A stretch of DNA of 64,000 nucleotides from an uncultured Chloroflexia bacterium (GTDB lineage: Bacteria; Chloroflexota; Limnocylindria; Limnocylindrales; CSP1-4): assembly GCA_963833225.1 (NCBI GenBank), contig CAWHXD010000007.1:320001-384000 (forward strand), written 5' to 3'. The position numbers were made by a program, and so were the translations under genes. Positions within the stretch are counted from its first letter, which is position 1. Every line of letters begins with the position of its first letter. The notes under the pieces were generated by a model. It did no database searches. It was not told where the DNA came from and saw nothing but the letters and a program-made list of their open reading frames with translations. This document shows positions 49,567 to 61,529 of this stretch, one piece after another.

Positions 49567-49704
49567 CTACCCGGCCGCCTCCACGATCGCGGGGAGAAGG
49601 CCCAGGATCACGATCGATGCCAGCACGACCGCCGCTGCCCGGAGGAGGACCTCCAGGGCAACCGGGTGGCTCGTGGGATGACGAAGATCGGCAATCACGG
49701 GCAT
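49567..49704 (-). CDS. 45-aa single-TM peptide
   Basis: MPVIADLRHPTSHPVALEVLLRAAAVVLASIVILGLLPAIVEAAG; own promoter and terminator. Confidence 0.6.
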   Translation of the reverse strand: MPVIADLRHPTSHPVALEVLLRAAAVVLASIVILGLLPAIVEAAG

Positions 49705-49706
49705 CA

Positions 49707-49732
49707 GACGCACGAGGTCCCCGCTTGGTTGC
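49707..49732 (-). promoter_or_regulatory. ECF-type promoter GCAACC-N16-CGTC
   Basis: Directly upstream of the 45-aa ORF. Confidence 0.55.
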
Positions 49733-49829
49733 ACCGCCGTCGCAAGTTCTTGACGGAGCCCCAGGAGCAGCGGAAACCGACGCCCGCTCTACAATCGGCG
49801 GCGTTCCTCTCACCGCCCGAGATCTCCCC

Positions 49830-50489
49830 GTGCCCGACACTGTCCAGCCTGTCGTCCTGCCCGGCCGGTTCCGCGCCGTGGTGTTCGACATGGACGGGCT
49901 GCTGCTGGACTCGGAGCCGCTGTGGCACGACGCCGAGCGGGAGCTCCTGGCTCGTCATGGCGACACGTTCTCCGGGGCCGACCTGGTCGCCTCGCACGGG
50001 CGTGCCCTCGTTGACACCGCCGCCGCCTATTCAGACCGCCTCGGCCTCACCGCAGCGGCGATCGAGGAGGAGATCGCCGAGATCATGCTCGCCCACTACG
50101 TCGCGGGCGCACCGTTCCATGCCGGGGCCCGGGAGCTGATCGAGGCGCTGGACGGCCGGCTGGCGATGGCGGTCGCGTCGAACACGGCCGGGAGCCTCGT
50201 TCGCCACGCGCTCGACGCGGCGGGGCTCCAGGTGTTCGACGTGGTGACGTCGGGGACCGATCTCGGACGGCCGAAGCCGGCGCCGGATGTCTACCTGGCT
50301 GCCTGTGCGGGCCTGGGTGTCGATCCCGGCGACGCGGTGGCGTTCGAGGATTCGCCGATGGGTGTCCGGTCAGCGCTCGACGCGGGGATGTTCGTGGTGG
50401 GCATCCCGGAGCGCGGGGACGTGGATCTTGCCGCCGCGGGCGCGCACGCGGTCCTGCGCTCGCTCGAGGAGGTCGTGGTCGAGGGCTGA
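49830..50489 (+). CDS. HAD family phosphatase
   Basis: FDMDGLLLDSE, VASNT, KPAPDVY, FEDS..G. Confidence 0.92.
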   Translation: MPDTVQPVVLPGRFRAVVFDMDGLLLDSEPLWHDAERELLARHGDTFSGADLVASHGRALVDTAAAYSDRLGLTAAAIEEEIAEIMLAHYVAGAPFHAGARELIEALDGRLAMAVASNTAGSLVRHALDAAGLQVFDVVTSGTDLGRPKPAPDVYLAACAGLGVDPGDAVAFEDSPMGVRSALDAGMFVVGIPERGDVDLAAAGAHAVLRSLEEVVVEG

Positions 50490-50528
50490 GGGGTCGGCAA
50501 GGGGACCGCCTGCCGCGGGCGGCGGGGC

Positions 50529-50557
50529 TGGACTGGATCGAACACCTGTTCTATTCT
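50529..50557 (+). promoter_or_regulatory. LexA (SOS) box TCGAACACCTGTTCTA (50538-50553) inside TGGACT-N17-TATTCT
   Basis: GAAC-N4-GTTC upstream of dnaE2. Confidence 0.85.
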
Positions 50558-50584
50558 TCCTTCCCGCCCCCGGGAGCTGCCACC

Positions 50585-53500
50585 GTGGCCATTCCGCCCT
50601 ACGCCGAGCTGCACTGTCACAGCCATTTCTCGTTCCTCGACGGTGCCTCGGCGCCGGACGACCTCGTCTCGCGTGCCGTGGAGCTGGGGCTGGCGGGGCT
50701 TGCGATCACGGACCACCAGGGGTTGTATGGCGCGGTCCGGTTCTCCGTCGCCGCCGAGGCGGCCGGGCTGCATCCGGTCATCGGGGTCGAGATCGAGCTG
50801 ATCGATGCGGCCGCGCCGGACCCGGGCGGCATCGTGGTCCCCGCACGCCGCGCGTGGAAGCCCGGGAGGCGACCGCCGACCGTCGCGGAGCCGCCCCGCA
50901 TCGTCGAGGGCGTTCCCGCGCGTCCCCGTCCGGAGCGGGCCCGGTTGCCGGGGCACCGGGAGATCCGCAAGGAGGACCACCGCGGGATCGGGGAGCCGCA
51001 GCGCGGTCCGCACCTCGTGCTGCTGGCCCGCGACGCCACCGGCTGGCGGAGCCTGTGCCGGATGGTCTCGCGGGCGAACCTCGCGGGCACCAAGGCGGTG
51101 CCCAGGTTCACCCAGGCGCTGCTCGCGGAGCACGCGGAGGGGCTCATCGCCCTGTCGGGGTGCCGGCACGGCGAGCTGGCGCGGCGACTGCGGGCCGGGG
51201 ACCGCGAGGGAGCGGGGGTGGTGGCCCGGCGGTACGCGGCGCTGTTCGGGTCGACCGGTCGGGCGTCGAGCCCGGGGACTGGCCGGGGTCCGGCCGCGTC
51301 GAGCGGGTTCCTTCTCGAGCTGCAGCACCATCTCCTGCCCGACGACGACTGGCTCGTGGCCGAGACCGCGCGGCTCGCCTCGGAGCTGGGGCTGCCGGTC
51401 GTGGTCACGAACGATGTCCATTACGCGATCCCCGAGGGCCGTGAGCTCCAGGACGTCGTGACGGCGATCCGGCACGGCCGGTCGCTCGCCGAGCTCGGCG
51501 ACCTGCGCCGGCCGGATGGAGAGTCGTTCCTCAAGGGGGCCGCGGATCTGCTGGCCCTGCCACCGGGGGAGCCGGCTTCCGCCAGGTCGGACCCGGTGCT
51601 CGCCCGTGCGTGGCGCGAGGGCATCTCCACGACCGCGGAGGTCGCAACCGCCTGCCACGTCGAGCTCGCCTTCGAGCGCTATCGCTTTCCCGGCTTCACC
51701 GTCCCGAAAGGCCAGACGCCGTTCAGCCACCTCTCCGAGCTGTGCTGGGAGGGCGCGCGGCGCCGGTATCACCCGCTCACGCCCGCCGTCGTCAAGCAGC
51801 TTGCGCACGAGCTCGACGTCATCGAGAAGGCCGGGCTCGCGGAGTTCTTCCTCATCTGCTGGGACCTGATGCGCTTCGCGAAGTCGCGCGGGATCCCAGC
51901 GCAGGGACGGGGAAGCGCGGCGGATTCGATCGTCGCATACGTCCTGGGCATCACCCGCGTGGATCCGATCCGGCATGAGCTCCTGTTCGAGCGGTTCATC
52001 AACGAGGGCCGGACCGCGTACCCGGACGTGGACATCGACTTCAGCTCGGAACGGCGGGAAGAGGTGATCCAGTACGTGTATGAGCGATACGGGACCGAGC
52101 ACACGGGGATGGTCTGCAACCTCGTCACCTACCGGGCGCGTTCGGCGGTACGCGAGGTGGGGTACGCGCTGGGGTTTCCACGCCCGCTGGTGGACCGGGT
52201 GGCGAAGGCGCTCGAGACGTACGACTCGGTGATGGTCCGGCGAGACCTGGAGGCCGAGGGCGGGTTCGCGCAATTCTTCGCTCGGCCGGACGAGGCGGCG
52301 ACGGACGCGAGGGGGTCGGCCATGGCGGTGCCGGACGCGGTGCGTGGCTCCCGCCGGCTGGTGGCCGAGATGGCAGTTGCGGGCGCGGCGGCGATGACGG
52401 GAGAGCGCGGGCTCACGGACGCGATGGGGCAGCTCAACCACGAGCGCGGAGGGCGGGCGGACACCGGTACGTGGGATGGCGCTCCGGGATCCGCGCCCTC
52501 GATCCGGCCCGGCGGCCTCGGCGACGACGAGGGCGGCCCGGGCGACTCGCCGGCGAGCGTGGCCTGGCTTCGGGGCGGCCGCGGGACCGGGGCTGCGAGC
52601 AGCGTCGCCCGCATCGAGCCCGCGCCCGCGACCGACCCGGCACGGCACCGGGGCTCCGTTGCGCGCCTCTCGGACTGGGAACGCTGGCTGGAGCTGTGCG
52701 CCCGCATCGACGGCTTCCCCCGACACCTGTCCATCCATACCGGCGGCATGCTCGTGACCGCGGCGCCGCTCATCGACATCGTGCCGCTCGAGCGGGCGAC
52801 GATGAAGGACCGCGTCGTCGTCCAGTACGACAAGCGCGACGTCGAGACGATGAAGCTGATCAAGCTCGACCTGCTGGGCCTGGGGATGCTGGCCGCCATC
52901 GACGAGACGGTGCAGCTGATCGAGCACGACTGCGCTGTCTGCCTCGACCTCGACCGGATCCCGGAGGAGATCCCGGAGGTGTTCGAGATGCTCCAGGCTG
53001 CGGACACGGTGGGCGTGTTCCAGGTCGAGAGCCGGGCGCAGATGCAGACGCTGCCAAAGTCGAGGCCCCAGAGTCTCGACGACCTGGTGGTGGAGGTCGC
53101 GATCATCCGCCCGGGTCCCATCCAGGGCAACGCGGTCCATCCCTACCTGCGGCGCAAGCAGGGCCTGGAGCCGGTCACCTACCTCCACCCGAGCCTGGAG
53201 CCGATCCTCCACGACACGCTCGGCGTGATCCTCTACCAGGAGCAGGTGATGAAGATCGCGATCGACGTGGCGGGCTTCACGCCGGCGGGCTCGGACGCCT
53301 TCCGGCGGGCGATGGGCACGTATCGCAGCGAGCGCGAGATGGAGAAGCTCCACGTGGAGTTCGTCACTGGCTGCGAGCGGATCCAGGGCATGCCCCGCGA
53401 CGATGCCGAGGAGCTGTTCCGTCGCTGCGCCGCGTTCGCCAGCTTCGGCTTTGCCAAGAGCCATGCTGCGGCGTTTGCCCGGACCGCCTACGAGTCGAGC

Positions 53501-54646
53501 TTTCTCAAGCTGTTCTACCCGGCCCAGTTCGTGACCGGCCTCATCAACGCCCAGCCGATGGGCTTCTACCCGGTGGAGGTTCTGGTCAACGACGCCAAGC
53601 GCCATGGTGTCGCGGTCCTCCCGGTGGACGTCAATCGGTCCAGCTACCGGACGACGACCGAGTGGGTGGGCCGGCCGGGCTGGGCGCTGGCCGGGGCCGC
53701 CGGCGACGACGGCTCACTTGATGCCGATGAGGGCGAGCCCCTGCCCGACGGGTGCGGCATCGACCGCCGGCCTGCCCCCGTACGCTCGCGTGCGTGCGTG
53801 GTCCCCGGTGCGACCTCGCGTGAGCGGTGGGCAGCGGAATCGATGACCGGCTGGGGTGTCCGGCTCGGGCTCCACCTGGTCAAGGGGATCGGCGAGGAGC
53901 AGCAGCCGCGCCTGGATGCCGAGCTGGCCCGGGGCCCATACACCAGCCTGGCGGACGTCGTGGAGCGGACCGGCTTGGCCGAGGAGGTCGTGGAGCGGCT
54001 GATCCGCGCGGGGGGGCTTGACTCGCTTGGCCGGCCGCGCCGCGAGCTGCTGTGGCAGCTACGCGAGGTGGCGGGAGCTTCCAAAGGACGGGCCGGAGGC
54101 AGGGCACGCGGCACGAAGGGGGTCATTCGGGCGGCGGGACGACCGCTGGGTCTGCGGCTGCCCGCGACCGAGGCGCCGGTGCTGCCGGCGCTCACCGAGC
54201 CGGAGCGGCTGGGCGACGCCTATGCCGTGGTGGGGCTGGACGCCCGGCTCCAGGCGGTCGCGCTGTTCCGGGGTGCGCTGGAGCGCCTGGGGGCCATGCC
54301 GAACGCGGCGCTGGCGGGGATGGGCCCGGGTCCGGTGCGTCTCGGTGGCCTGGTGGTCACCCGCCAGCATCCGATGACGGCACGTGGGACGGTGTTCCTT
54401 GCGCTCGAGGACGAGACCGGCATGGTCAACGTGACCCTCTGGCCGGATACCTGGCAGCGGCTGCGGTCGGTCGTGCGCCGGCACGCGCTGCTGCTGGTCG
54501 AAGGCGATCTCCAGCGCGAGGGTGAGGTCGTGAACGTCATCGCTCACGATGTCCGCCCACTGGTGGAGGTCGCGTCGACGGCCGGCGGCCCCGACTCGCC
54601 CGCCGGGGTGCGGCAGATGGGTCAGGCGGGGATGCGGCGACTCTAG
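50585..54646 (+). CDS. dnaE2: Error-prone DNA polymerase III alpha subunit DnaE2
   Basis: YAELHCHSHFSFLDGAS, QGRGSAA, PDVDIDF, GVFQVESRAQM, LINAQPMGFY, RQHP.TARGT.FL.LEDETG; SOS box. Confidence 0.93.
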   Translation: MAIPPYAELHCHSHFSFLDGASAPDDLVSRAVELGLAGLAITDHQGLYGAVRFSVAAEAAGLHPVIGVEIELIDAAAPDPGGIVVPARRAWKPGRRPPTVAEPPRIVEGVPARPRPERARLPGHREIRKEDHRGIGEPQRGPHLVLLARDATGWRSLCRMVSRANLAGTKAVPRFTQALLAEHAEGLIALSGCRHGELARRLRAGDREGAGVVARRYAALFGSTGRASSPGTGRGPAASSGFLLELQHHLLPDDDWLVAETARLASELGLPVVVTNDVHYAIPEGRELQDVVTAIRHGRSLAELGDLRRPDGESFLKGAADLLALPPGEPASARSDPVLARAWREGISTTAEVATACHVELAFERYRFPGFTVPKGQTPFSHLSELCWEGARRRYHPLTPAVVKQLAHELDVIEKAGLAEFFLICWDLMRFAKSRGIPAQGRGSAADSIVAYVLGITRVDPIRHELLFERFINEGRTAYPDVDIDFSSERREEVIQYVYERYGTEHTGMVCNLVTYRARSAVREVGYALGFPRPLVDRVAKALETYDSVMVRRDLEAEGGFAQFFARPDEAATDARGSAMAVPDAVRGSRRLVAEMAVAGAAAMTGERGLTDAMGQLNHERGGRADTGTWDGAPGSAPSIRPGGLGDDEGGPGDSPASVAWLRGGRGTGAASSVARIEPAPATDPARHRGSVARLSDWERWLELCARIDGFPRHLSIHTGGMLVTAAPLIDIVPLERATMKDRVVVQYDKRDVETMKLIKLDLLGLGMLAAIDETVQLIEHDCAVCLDLDRIPEEIPEVFEMLQAADTVGVFQVESRAQMQTLPKSRPQSLDDLVVEVAIIRPGPIQGNAVHPYLRRKQGLEPVTYLHPSLEPILHDTLGVILYQEQVMKIAIDVAGFTPAGSDAFRRAMGTYRSEREMEKLHVEFVTGCERIQGMPRDDAEELFRRCAAFASFGFAKSHAAAFARTAYESSFLKLFYPAQFVTGLINAQPMGFYPVEVLVNDAKRHGVAVLPVDVNRSSYRTTTEWVGRPGWALAGAAGDDGSLDADEGEPLPDGCGIDRRPAPVRSRACVVPGATSRERWAAESMTGWGVRLGLHLVKGIGEEQQPRLDAELARGPYTSLADVVERTGLAEEVVERLIRAGGLDSLGRPRRELLWQLREVAGASKGRAGGRARGTKGVIRAAGRPLGLRLPATEAPVLPALTEPERLGDAYAVVGLDARLQAVALFRGALERLGAMPNAALAGMGPGPVRLGGLVVTRQHPMTARGTVFLALEDETGMVNVTLWPDTWQRLRSVVRRHALLLVEGDLQREGEVVNVIAHDVRPLVEVASTAGGPDSPAGVRQMGQAGMRRL

Positions 54647-54902
54647 TGCGCGGTGGCTCGAGACGCGGCACCCGGGCCAGCGGCTACCCCTGGGGCAACG
54701 CGGGGAGGACGAGGAAAGGGCGACAGCAGCGGGAGGAGGAGGGCCACTGTCGCCCGACATCGGCTCGCCGCGGAGGCGGCGACCCCGGTCCGGCCCGAGC
54801 TTCCGTTGCGGGGCCGCCGACTCCGAGGCGAGACGTGTCTACACCACTCTTCGGGGATCGGCGGCGGATGGATTGCGTCGCGGCAGGACGGCCGCCAAGA
54901 GA

Positions 54903-55637
54903 TCAGCGGCGAACGGGCTTCATGTCGCCGCGACCTTTCGCGTCGCGCTGGCGCTGGGCGGCACGGTTCGGGTTCGACAGGTCCAGGAACCGGCGGTACC
55001 AGGCGGCTGCCGACGCGAACAGCGCGGCACCGAGCGGCGACCACGCGGCATGGCCAACGAGCACCGCGTCAGCCGGCCCGTTGCCGGTCAGGAGCCGACC
55101 CGCCGGCAGCTGCAGGATCACCACCGCCACCAACGCGACGACGATGCCGTAGACCAGTCCGCCGAGCCAGCTGGCACGCTTGGCGGCGAACCCGATCAGG
55201 AAAGCGCCAATCGCGGGCGGTGGCTGCATGGCCATCGTGGCCACGAAGTACGGGATGCTGTTGCCCGCGACGACCTTCTCGAGCTCGCTGACGGGGGCAG
55301 TCGTCGCCACGGCCGCCATCGCGTCGTTGTAGGCGATGACAAACCAGCCGGCCGCGACCACGGTGAGGGCGACGGCGGCCAGGAAGCCCCAGTTCGTCAC
55401 GACCTTGGGGAGCATGAGCAGGTCGCCGCGGATGTCGAGCGGGCGGACGGCCCCCCGGAACGCGGCGGTGATGCTCGGGCGCTGCATCGGGGCGGCGGGG
55501 GTGGCCGCCTTCGAGCTCGACCTCGCCGAGGACGTCGACGCGGGCTCGGACGTCGACTCGGACTCGTTCGACCCGCTCACCGCCGCACGATAACGGCGGC
55601 GGGCCTCGGTGCGATCGGTGCGCTTGGCGCGGGCCAC
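54903..55637 (-). CDS. Membrane protein (about 4 TM) of unknown function
   Basis: GTG start with RBS AGGAGGAG; basic termini and hydrophobic helices. Confidence 0.7.
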   Translation of the reverse strand: MARAKRTDRTEARRRYRAAVSGSNESESTSEPASTSSARSSSKAATPAAPMQRPSITAAFRGAVRPLDIRGDLLMLPKVVTNWGFLAAVALTVVAAGWFVIAYNDAMAAVATTAPVSELEKVVAGNSIPYFVATMAMQPPPAIGAFLIGFAAKRASWLGGLVYGIVVALVAVVILQLPAGRLLTGNGPADAVLVGHAAWSPLGAALFASAAAWYRRFLDLSNPNRAAQRQRDAKGRGDMKPVRR

Positions 55638-55797
55638 GAGCTCCTCCTGTCGGACACGAACCGCGGGATCCGTTTCGGGCGCGGGAAGAGCATGGTACCG
55701 GCTCGCCGCCGGAGGGGAGTTGAGTCCGGCATAAGTGAGCCGGCGTAGGGTGGGCACTCACCAGCCCCGCCGTCGATGTCCCGCCCGGAGGTCCTCG

Positions 55798-58751
55798 ATG
55801 GCTCGTGCCCGGCTTGCGGCATACGCCGCGCTCATGGTTGGCCTGCTGTGCGCCACTGCCGGCTGGCTTCCGCCCAGCCCCTCGTTCCAGGTTGAGCCGG
55901 CCGCAGCCGTCGGGTGGCCTCCGTCCACGGGGCTGGTGGTCGCCGAGGTGGTGACGGGCGGCGCCTCGGCATCGGACGAGTTCGTGGAGCTGGCGAACAT
56001 CGGCACCGCGCCGATCGACCTCGCCGGTCTCGAGGTGGCGTACGTCACGAGCTCGGGGGCAACGGTGACGCGCAAGGCGTCGTGGACGACGTCCCTGGTC
56101 GTGCCGCCGGGCCGGCACGTGCTTCTTGCCAACGCGCTGGGCGTCCACGCGAGCGTCGCGGACGCAACGTACAGCGGGGGTCTGTCCGCGACGGGCGGGG
56201 TGGTCGTGCTCCGTCCGGCGGGCGGCACGCCGCTCGACGCCGTTGGCTGGGGCAGCGCCGTGAACGAATTCGTCGAGGGTAACGCCGCAGCCGCTCCGCC
56301 GGCCGGGCAGTCCATCGAGCGCACCGTCGACACGAACGACAATGCCGCGGACTTCACCCTCGACCCGTCGCCGGTGGCCCAGGGGCTGGCGTGGGAGCCC
56401 ACGCCGACGCCCACGCCGACCCACGCCCACGCCCACGCCCACCCCGACCCCGACGCCGACGCCCACGCCCGACGCCCACGCCCACGCCGGCGCCCACGCC
56501 CACGCCCACGCCGACGCCCACGCCCACGCCGACCCCCACCCCCACGCCGACGCCACGCCCACGCCGACACGCCGACGCCCACGCCCACGCCGACGGCCAC
56601 GCCCACGCCGCACGCCCACGCCCACGCCGACGGCCACGCCCACGCCGACCCCCACCCCCACGCCGACGCCCACCCCCACGCCGACCCCCACCCCCACGCC
56701 GACGCCGACCCCCACGCCCACCCGACCCCCACGCCGACACCGACGCCGACCCCCCACGCCGACCCGACCCCCACGCCGACCCCGACCCCCACGCCCGTCC
56801 CAACCCTCACTCCGGCACCCACAACGACCCCCACGCCCACCGCCTCGCCGGTGTCCGTCGGCGCGGCCCGGCAAGTCGCCGTGGGAGGCAAGGTGGCCGT
56901 CCGGGGCGTCGTGACAGCCGAGGCGGGTCGGCTTGGGACGCCGCCGCTGCTGGCCATCGGCGACGACACCGGCGGCCTGCCCGTGAAGCTCGCCGACGGG
57001 ATGTCCGCCCCTGCCCGCGGCACGCTGGTCGAGCTGTGGGGCACGATCGCCGATCCGTTCGGCCAGACCGAGCTGCGTCTCGTGAGCGACGGGCTGACGG
57101 TGATCGGCCCCGCGGTGATCCCCACGCCGCTCGCCATCGCCGCCGGGGACCCGGGTGAGGCGCTCGAGGGCCGCCTGGCGGTCGTGACCGGCACGATCTC
57201 CGCCGGGGTGACCAAGGCCACCAGCGGCGACATCACGTTCACGATCCAGGGTTCGGACGGGGCGTCGCTGCGAATCAGGGCCGATGCGTCGGCCGATCTC
57301 GACACCTCCCTCCTGCGCAAGGGCACCGCCGTGTCGCTCACCGGGATCATCGGCCAGCGCGCCTCCCGGAAGGGCGCGCTGGACGGCTACCGGCTCTGGG
57401 TGCGGGACCGTGCGGATGTGGTCATCGTCGCCGCGCCCACCCCGTCATCCGACCCCGACCCCGTCACCGATGCCCGGCGCTTCGGCATCGCCGGGATCCA
57501 CCCAGCTGCTGTCGATCGCGAAGGCCCGCCTGCGGCAGGGAGAACGGGTCACGGTCGAAGGGATCATCACCGTCGACCGGACGCTCCTCGATGCGTCGGG
57601 CCGACGGACGATCGCCGAGGACAGGACCGCCGCCGTCGAGCTCTACCTCGCATCCGCGGATCCCGCGATCAGCACCGGTGTCCGGGTCCGCGTCACGGGC
57701 ACGATGGGGACCGCGTGGGGCGCACCCCGTCTCCGCGTGGACGCCATCCGGGTGCTCGGTCGCGGAACGCCGTCGGCGACGAGGCTCAAGGGTCAGCCCG
57801 GGGCCGCGGTTGAGTGGCGGCTGGTGGAGGTGCACGGAACCCTGGCCGACGTCCACCGATCCGGTGACCGCTGGACGGCCGACCTTGTGGACGGATCCAG
57901 GCGCATCGCCCTGACGGGGCTCGCGGGCAGTGGCATTCCCGGCGACCGGCTCGTCGAGGGCCGGAGGGCGACCGTGACCGGGATCGTGAAGCGGGCCTAC
58001 CCAACGGCGACGGACCAGCGGTTCTCGGTCGTGCCGCGCTCGACGCGGGACGTGGTGGTCGCGGGCGCGGCAGGCAGGCCCGTCGCGGAAGGCGAGTCGC
58101 GTCTCGGCTCCGTGCCGCCCGGCGATCCGACGCCGGATGGCGCAGACATGCCGGGAGCGGTGCTCGACATTGCCCTCGCCGATCTTGCGGCCAACGTCGG
58201 GCAGGTGGTTCGCGTCGGAGGCATGGTCACCTCGGTCGGGTCCGGGACGGTGCGCCTCGAGGACGGCACCGCGACGGCCACGCTTGTCCTCGAGGGCGCG
58301 GCCTCCGACGTCGCGACGCTCATTCGGCCGGGTGACACGCTCAACGCAACGGGAACGCCTGACGATCGCGACGAGATCGTCCTCGTCGTCACGGACCCGG
58401 CCGACGTGGTCCTGCTCGGTGATCCCGGCGGCAACGACACGGTGGCGGCGGACGGCCCGCTGGTCCCGGCAGCCTCGCCCGCGACGAGCCGATGGGGAGG
58501 TCCGAGCCGTGGTCGGTGCCGATGCCGCTGCGGCTCTCGCCCGGGGCATCGGCGACCGGCCGCCGGGTGCCGCGCTGCTGGCCCTGGCCACGCTGCTGCT
58601 GACCGCACTGCTCGCGACCGGCCTCGCGGCATACCGCATCGCCCGATCCCGGCGTGCGACCCGGGCGAGGATCGAGGCCCGCCTCGCTGCCATCGGGCCG
58701 CCGCCGGACAGGGTGCCGGCGCCGCCGTCCGGCACGCCGGCGGGGGCCTGA
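55798..58751 (+). CDS. Secreted lamin-tail-domain protein with Pro-Thr linker, several OB-fold-like repeats and C-terminal TM anchor (multiple frameshifts)
   Basis: Signal peptide; LVVAEV.TGGASASDEFVELAN, DTNDNAADF; V.VRGVVT/VTVEGIIT modules; shifts in the PT tract, near 57448 and near 58485. Confidence 0.72.
56398..56845 (+). repeat. Degenerate hexamer array (CCCACG/CCGACG/CCGACC) encoding a (Pro-Thr)n linker
   Basis: About 450 bp of low-complexity tandem hexamers with several indels. Confidence 0.9.
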
Positions 58752-58921
58752 GCCAGGGCTCAATGGGGGCCTGAACGGGACCGGAATCGGGCCGTCAGCT
58801 CACGCTGCGGGGCTCCCGCCGAGCCCCGAACGGGACTGAGCTCGGCGCCGAACGAGGCAAGCACGCTTGACGCTCATGGAATCACGCCCCTATTCTCGGT
58901 CGAACCTCACGCCGTTCGAGC

Positions 58922-59791
58922 GTGGGTGAACAGGGGAGCGAGCTTTTGCCGAACGCGGACATACGCGTCGCGGTCCCTTCCGGCGAACGGCAGTACCACA
59001 TCGGGCTTGGTCCGGGTGAGCTTGCCGATTACATCCTCCTCCCCGGCGACCAGGATCGTGTCGAGCGAGTCGCGTCGCGCTTCGACTCCGTCGAGCGCAC
59101 CCATCGTCACCGCGAGTTCGCGAGCGCGACCGGCATCTACAAGGGCCTGCGGGTCTCGTGCGTGTCCACCGGGATCGGGACGGACAACGTCGAGATCGTG
59201 ATCAGCGAGATCCTGGCCCTCGTCCAGCGTCCCACCTTCATCCGCATCGGCTCCTGCGGCGCTCTCCAGCCCGGCATGGAGCTCGGCGACCTCGTGATCT
59301 CGACGGGCTCCGTCCGGCTCGAGACGACGACCAACTGGTTCGTCCACGAGGGCTACCCGGCACTCGCCCACCACGAGGCGATCCTCGCCCTGGTGGAGGC
59401 GGCGGAGGGGCTCGGGCTGCGCTACCACACGGGGATCACGGCAACTGCGCCCGGCTTCTACGGTGCGCAGGGTCGCCCGATCCCGCAGCTTCCCATCCGC
59501 TACCCTGACTTCGCGGATGAGATGACCCGACAGGGGATTCTCAACTTCGAGATGGAAGCCTCGGCGGTGCTCGTGCTTGCCGGGCTCGGTGGCTGTCGTG
59601 CCGGCGTCGTGTGCGCCGTCTACGCCAATCGCCGCACCGGGGAGTTCGTCGAAGGCGACATCAAGGACAGGGCGGAAGCCGCAGCGATGGACACGGGGCT
59701 CGAGAGCCTTCGCATCCTCGCTGAGCTCGACCGCCAGACAGCATCGGCCGGAGCGACGCGATGGCGCCCGTCGCTCTGGGCTCCGACATGA
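58922..59791 (+). CDS. udp: Uridine phosphorylase-like nucleoside phosphorylase
   Basis: QYHIGL, LLPGD, HREF, STGIG, IRIGSCG, FYGAQGR, NFEMEAS. Confidence 0.85.
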   Translation: MGEQGSELLPNADIRVAVPSGERQYHIGLGPGELADYILLPGDQDRVERVASRFDSVERTHRHREFASATGIYKGLRVSCVSTGIGTDNVEIVISEILALVQRPTFIRIGSCGALQPGMELGDLVISTGSVRLETTTNWFVHEGYPALAHHEAILALVEAAEGLGLRYHTGITATAPGFYGAQGRPIPQLPIRYPDFADEMTRQGILNFEMEASAVLVLAGLGGCRAGVVCAVYANRRTGEFVEGDIKDRAEAAAMDTGLESLRILAELDRQTASAGATRWRPSLWAPT

Positions 59792-59867
59792 GCGCCATGA
59801 CCAAGCGGATGCCCGGATGCGAGAGGCGTGCTCTCGTGACGCGGCTCTCGTGAGGAGGAGCGACCCC

Positions 59868-60008
59868 ATGGCAACGGCCTACTGCGTCAAGGACAAGAAG
59901 AAGGTCGAAGTCCAGAACCCGCAGCAGATCACGATGAAGAACGGCAAGCCGGCGCTCCAGGGCATCTGCCCTGAGTGCGGCGGCAAGGTGTTCAAGATCG
60001 GCGGCTGA
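59868..60008 (+). CDS. DUF5679-like small zinc-ribbon protein (46 aa)
   Basis: MATAYCVKDKKK...MKNGKPALQGICPECGGKVFKIGG; RBS GAGGAGGAG. Confidence 0.85.
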   Translation: MATAYCVKDKKKVEVQNPQQITMKNGKPALQGICPECGGKVFKIGG

Positions 60009-60032
60009 CCGCCACATCGTTCGCGATGACCG

Positions 60033-60065
60033 TGAGCCCCCTCCGGCCCAGCCGGCGGGGGCTCA
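60033..60065 (+). terminator. GC-rich hairpin after the DUF5679 gene
   Basis: tgagccccc..ccggc / gccgg..gggggctca. Confidence 0.5.
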
Positions 60066-60121
60066 TTGGTGCTCCGGCAGGGTCGCACTGGCCCGTCCGT
60101 ACCGGGCCGCCCGTCGGCTGA

Positions 60122-61492
<1,371 letters not shown>

Positions 61493-61529
61493 CCCGGAGC
61501 CCTGAGCGGCTCCCGGAAGGAACGTGAAC

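Noticed and set aside
52280-52670. Intein in dnaE2
   Set aside because: No Cys/Ser start, His-Asn end or LAGLIDADG blocks; the insertion is Gly/Ala/Pro-rich.
50291-53605. 1104-aa antisense ORF and other long shadow ORFs
   Set aside because: Expected opposite GC-rich genes; no recognisable motifs.
56398-56845. Repeat array as a CRISPR or phase-variation locus
   Set aside because: Hexamer repeats encoding a Pro-Thr linker with no spacers or cas genes; the indels are typical of poorly resolved repeats.
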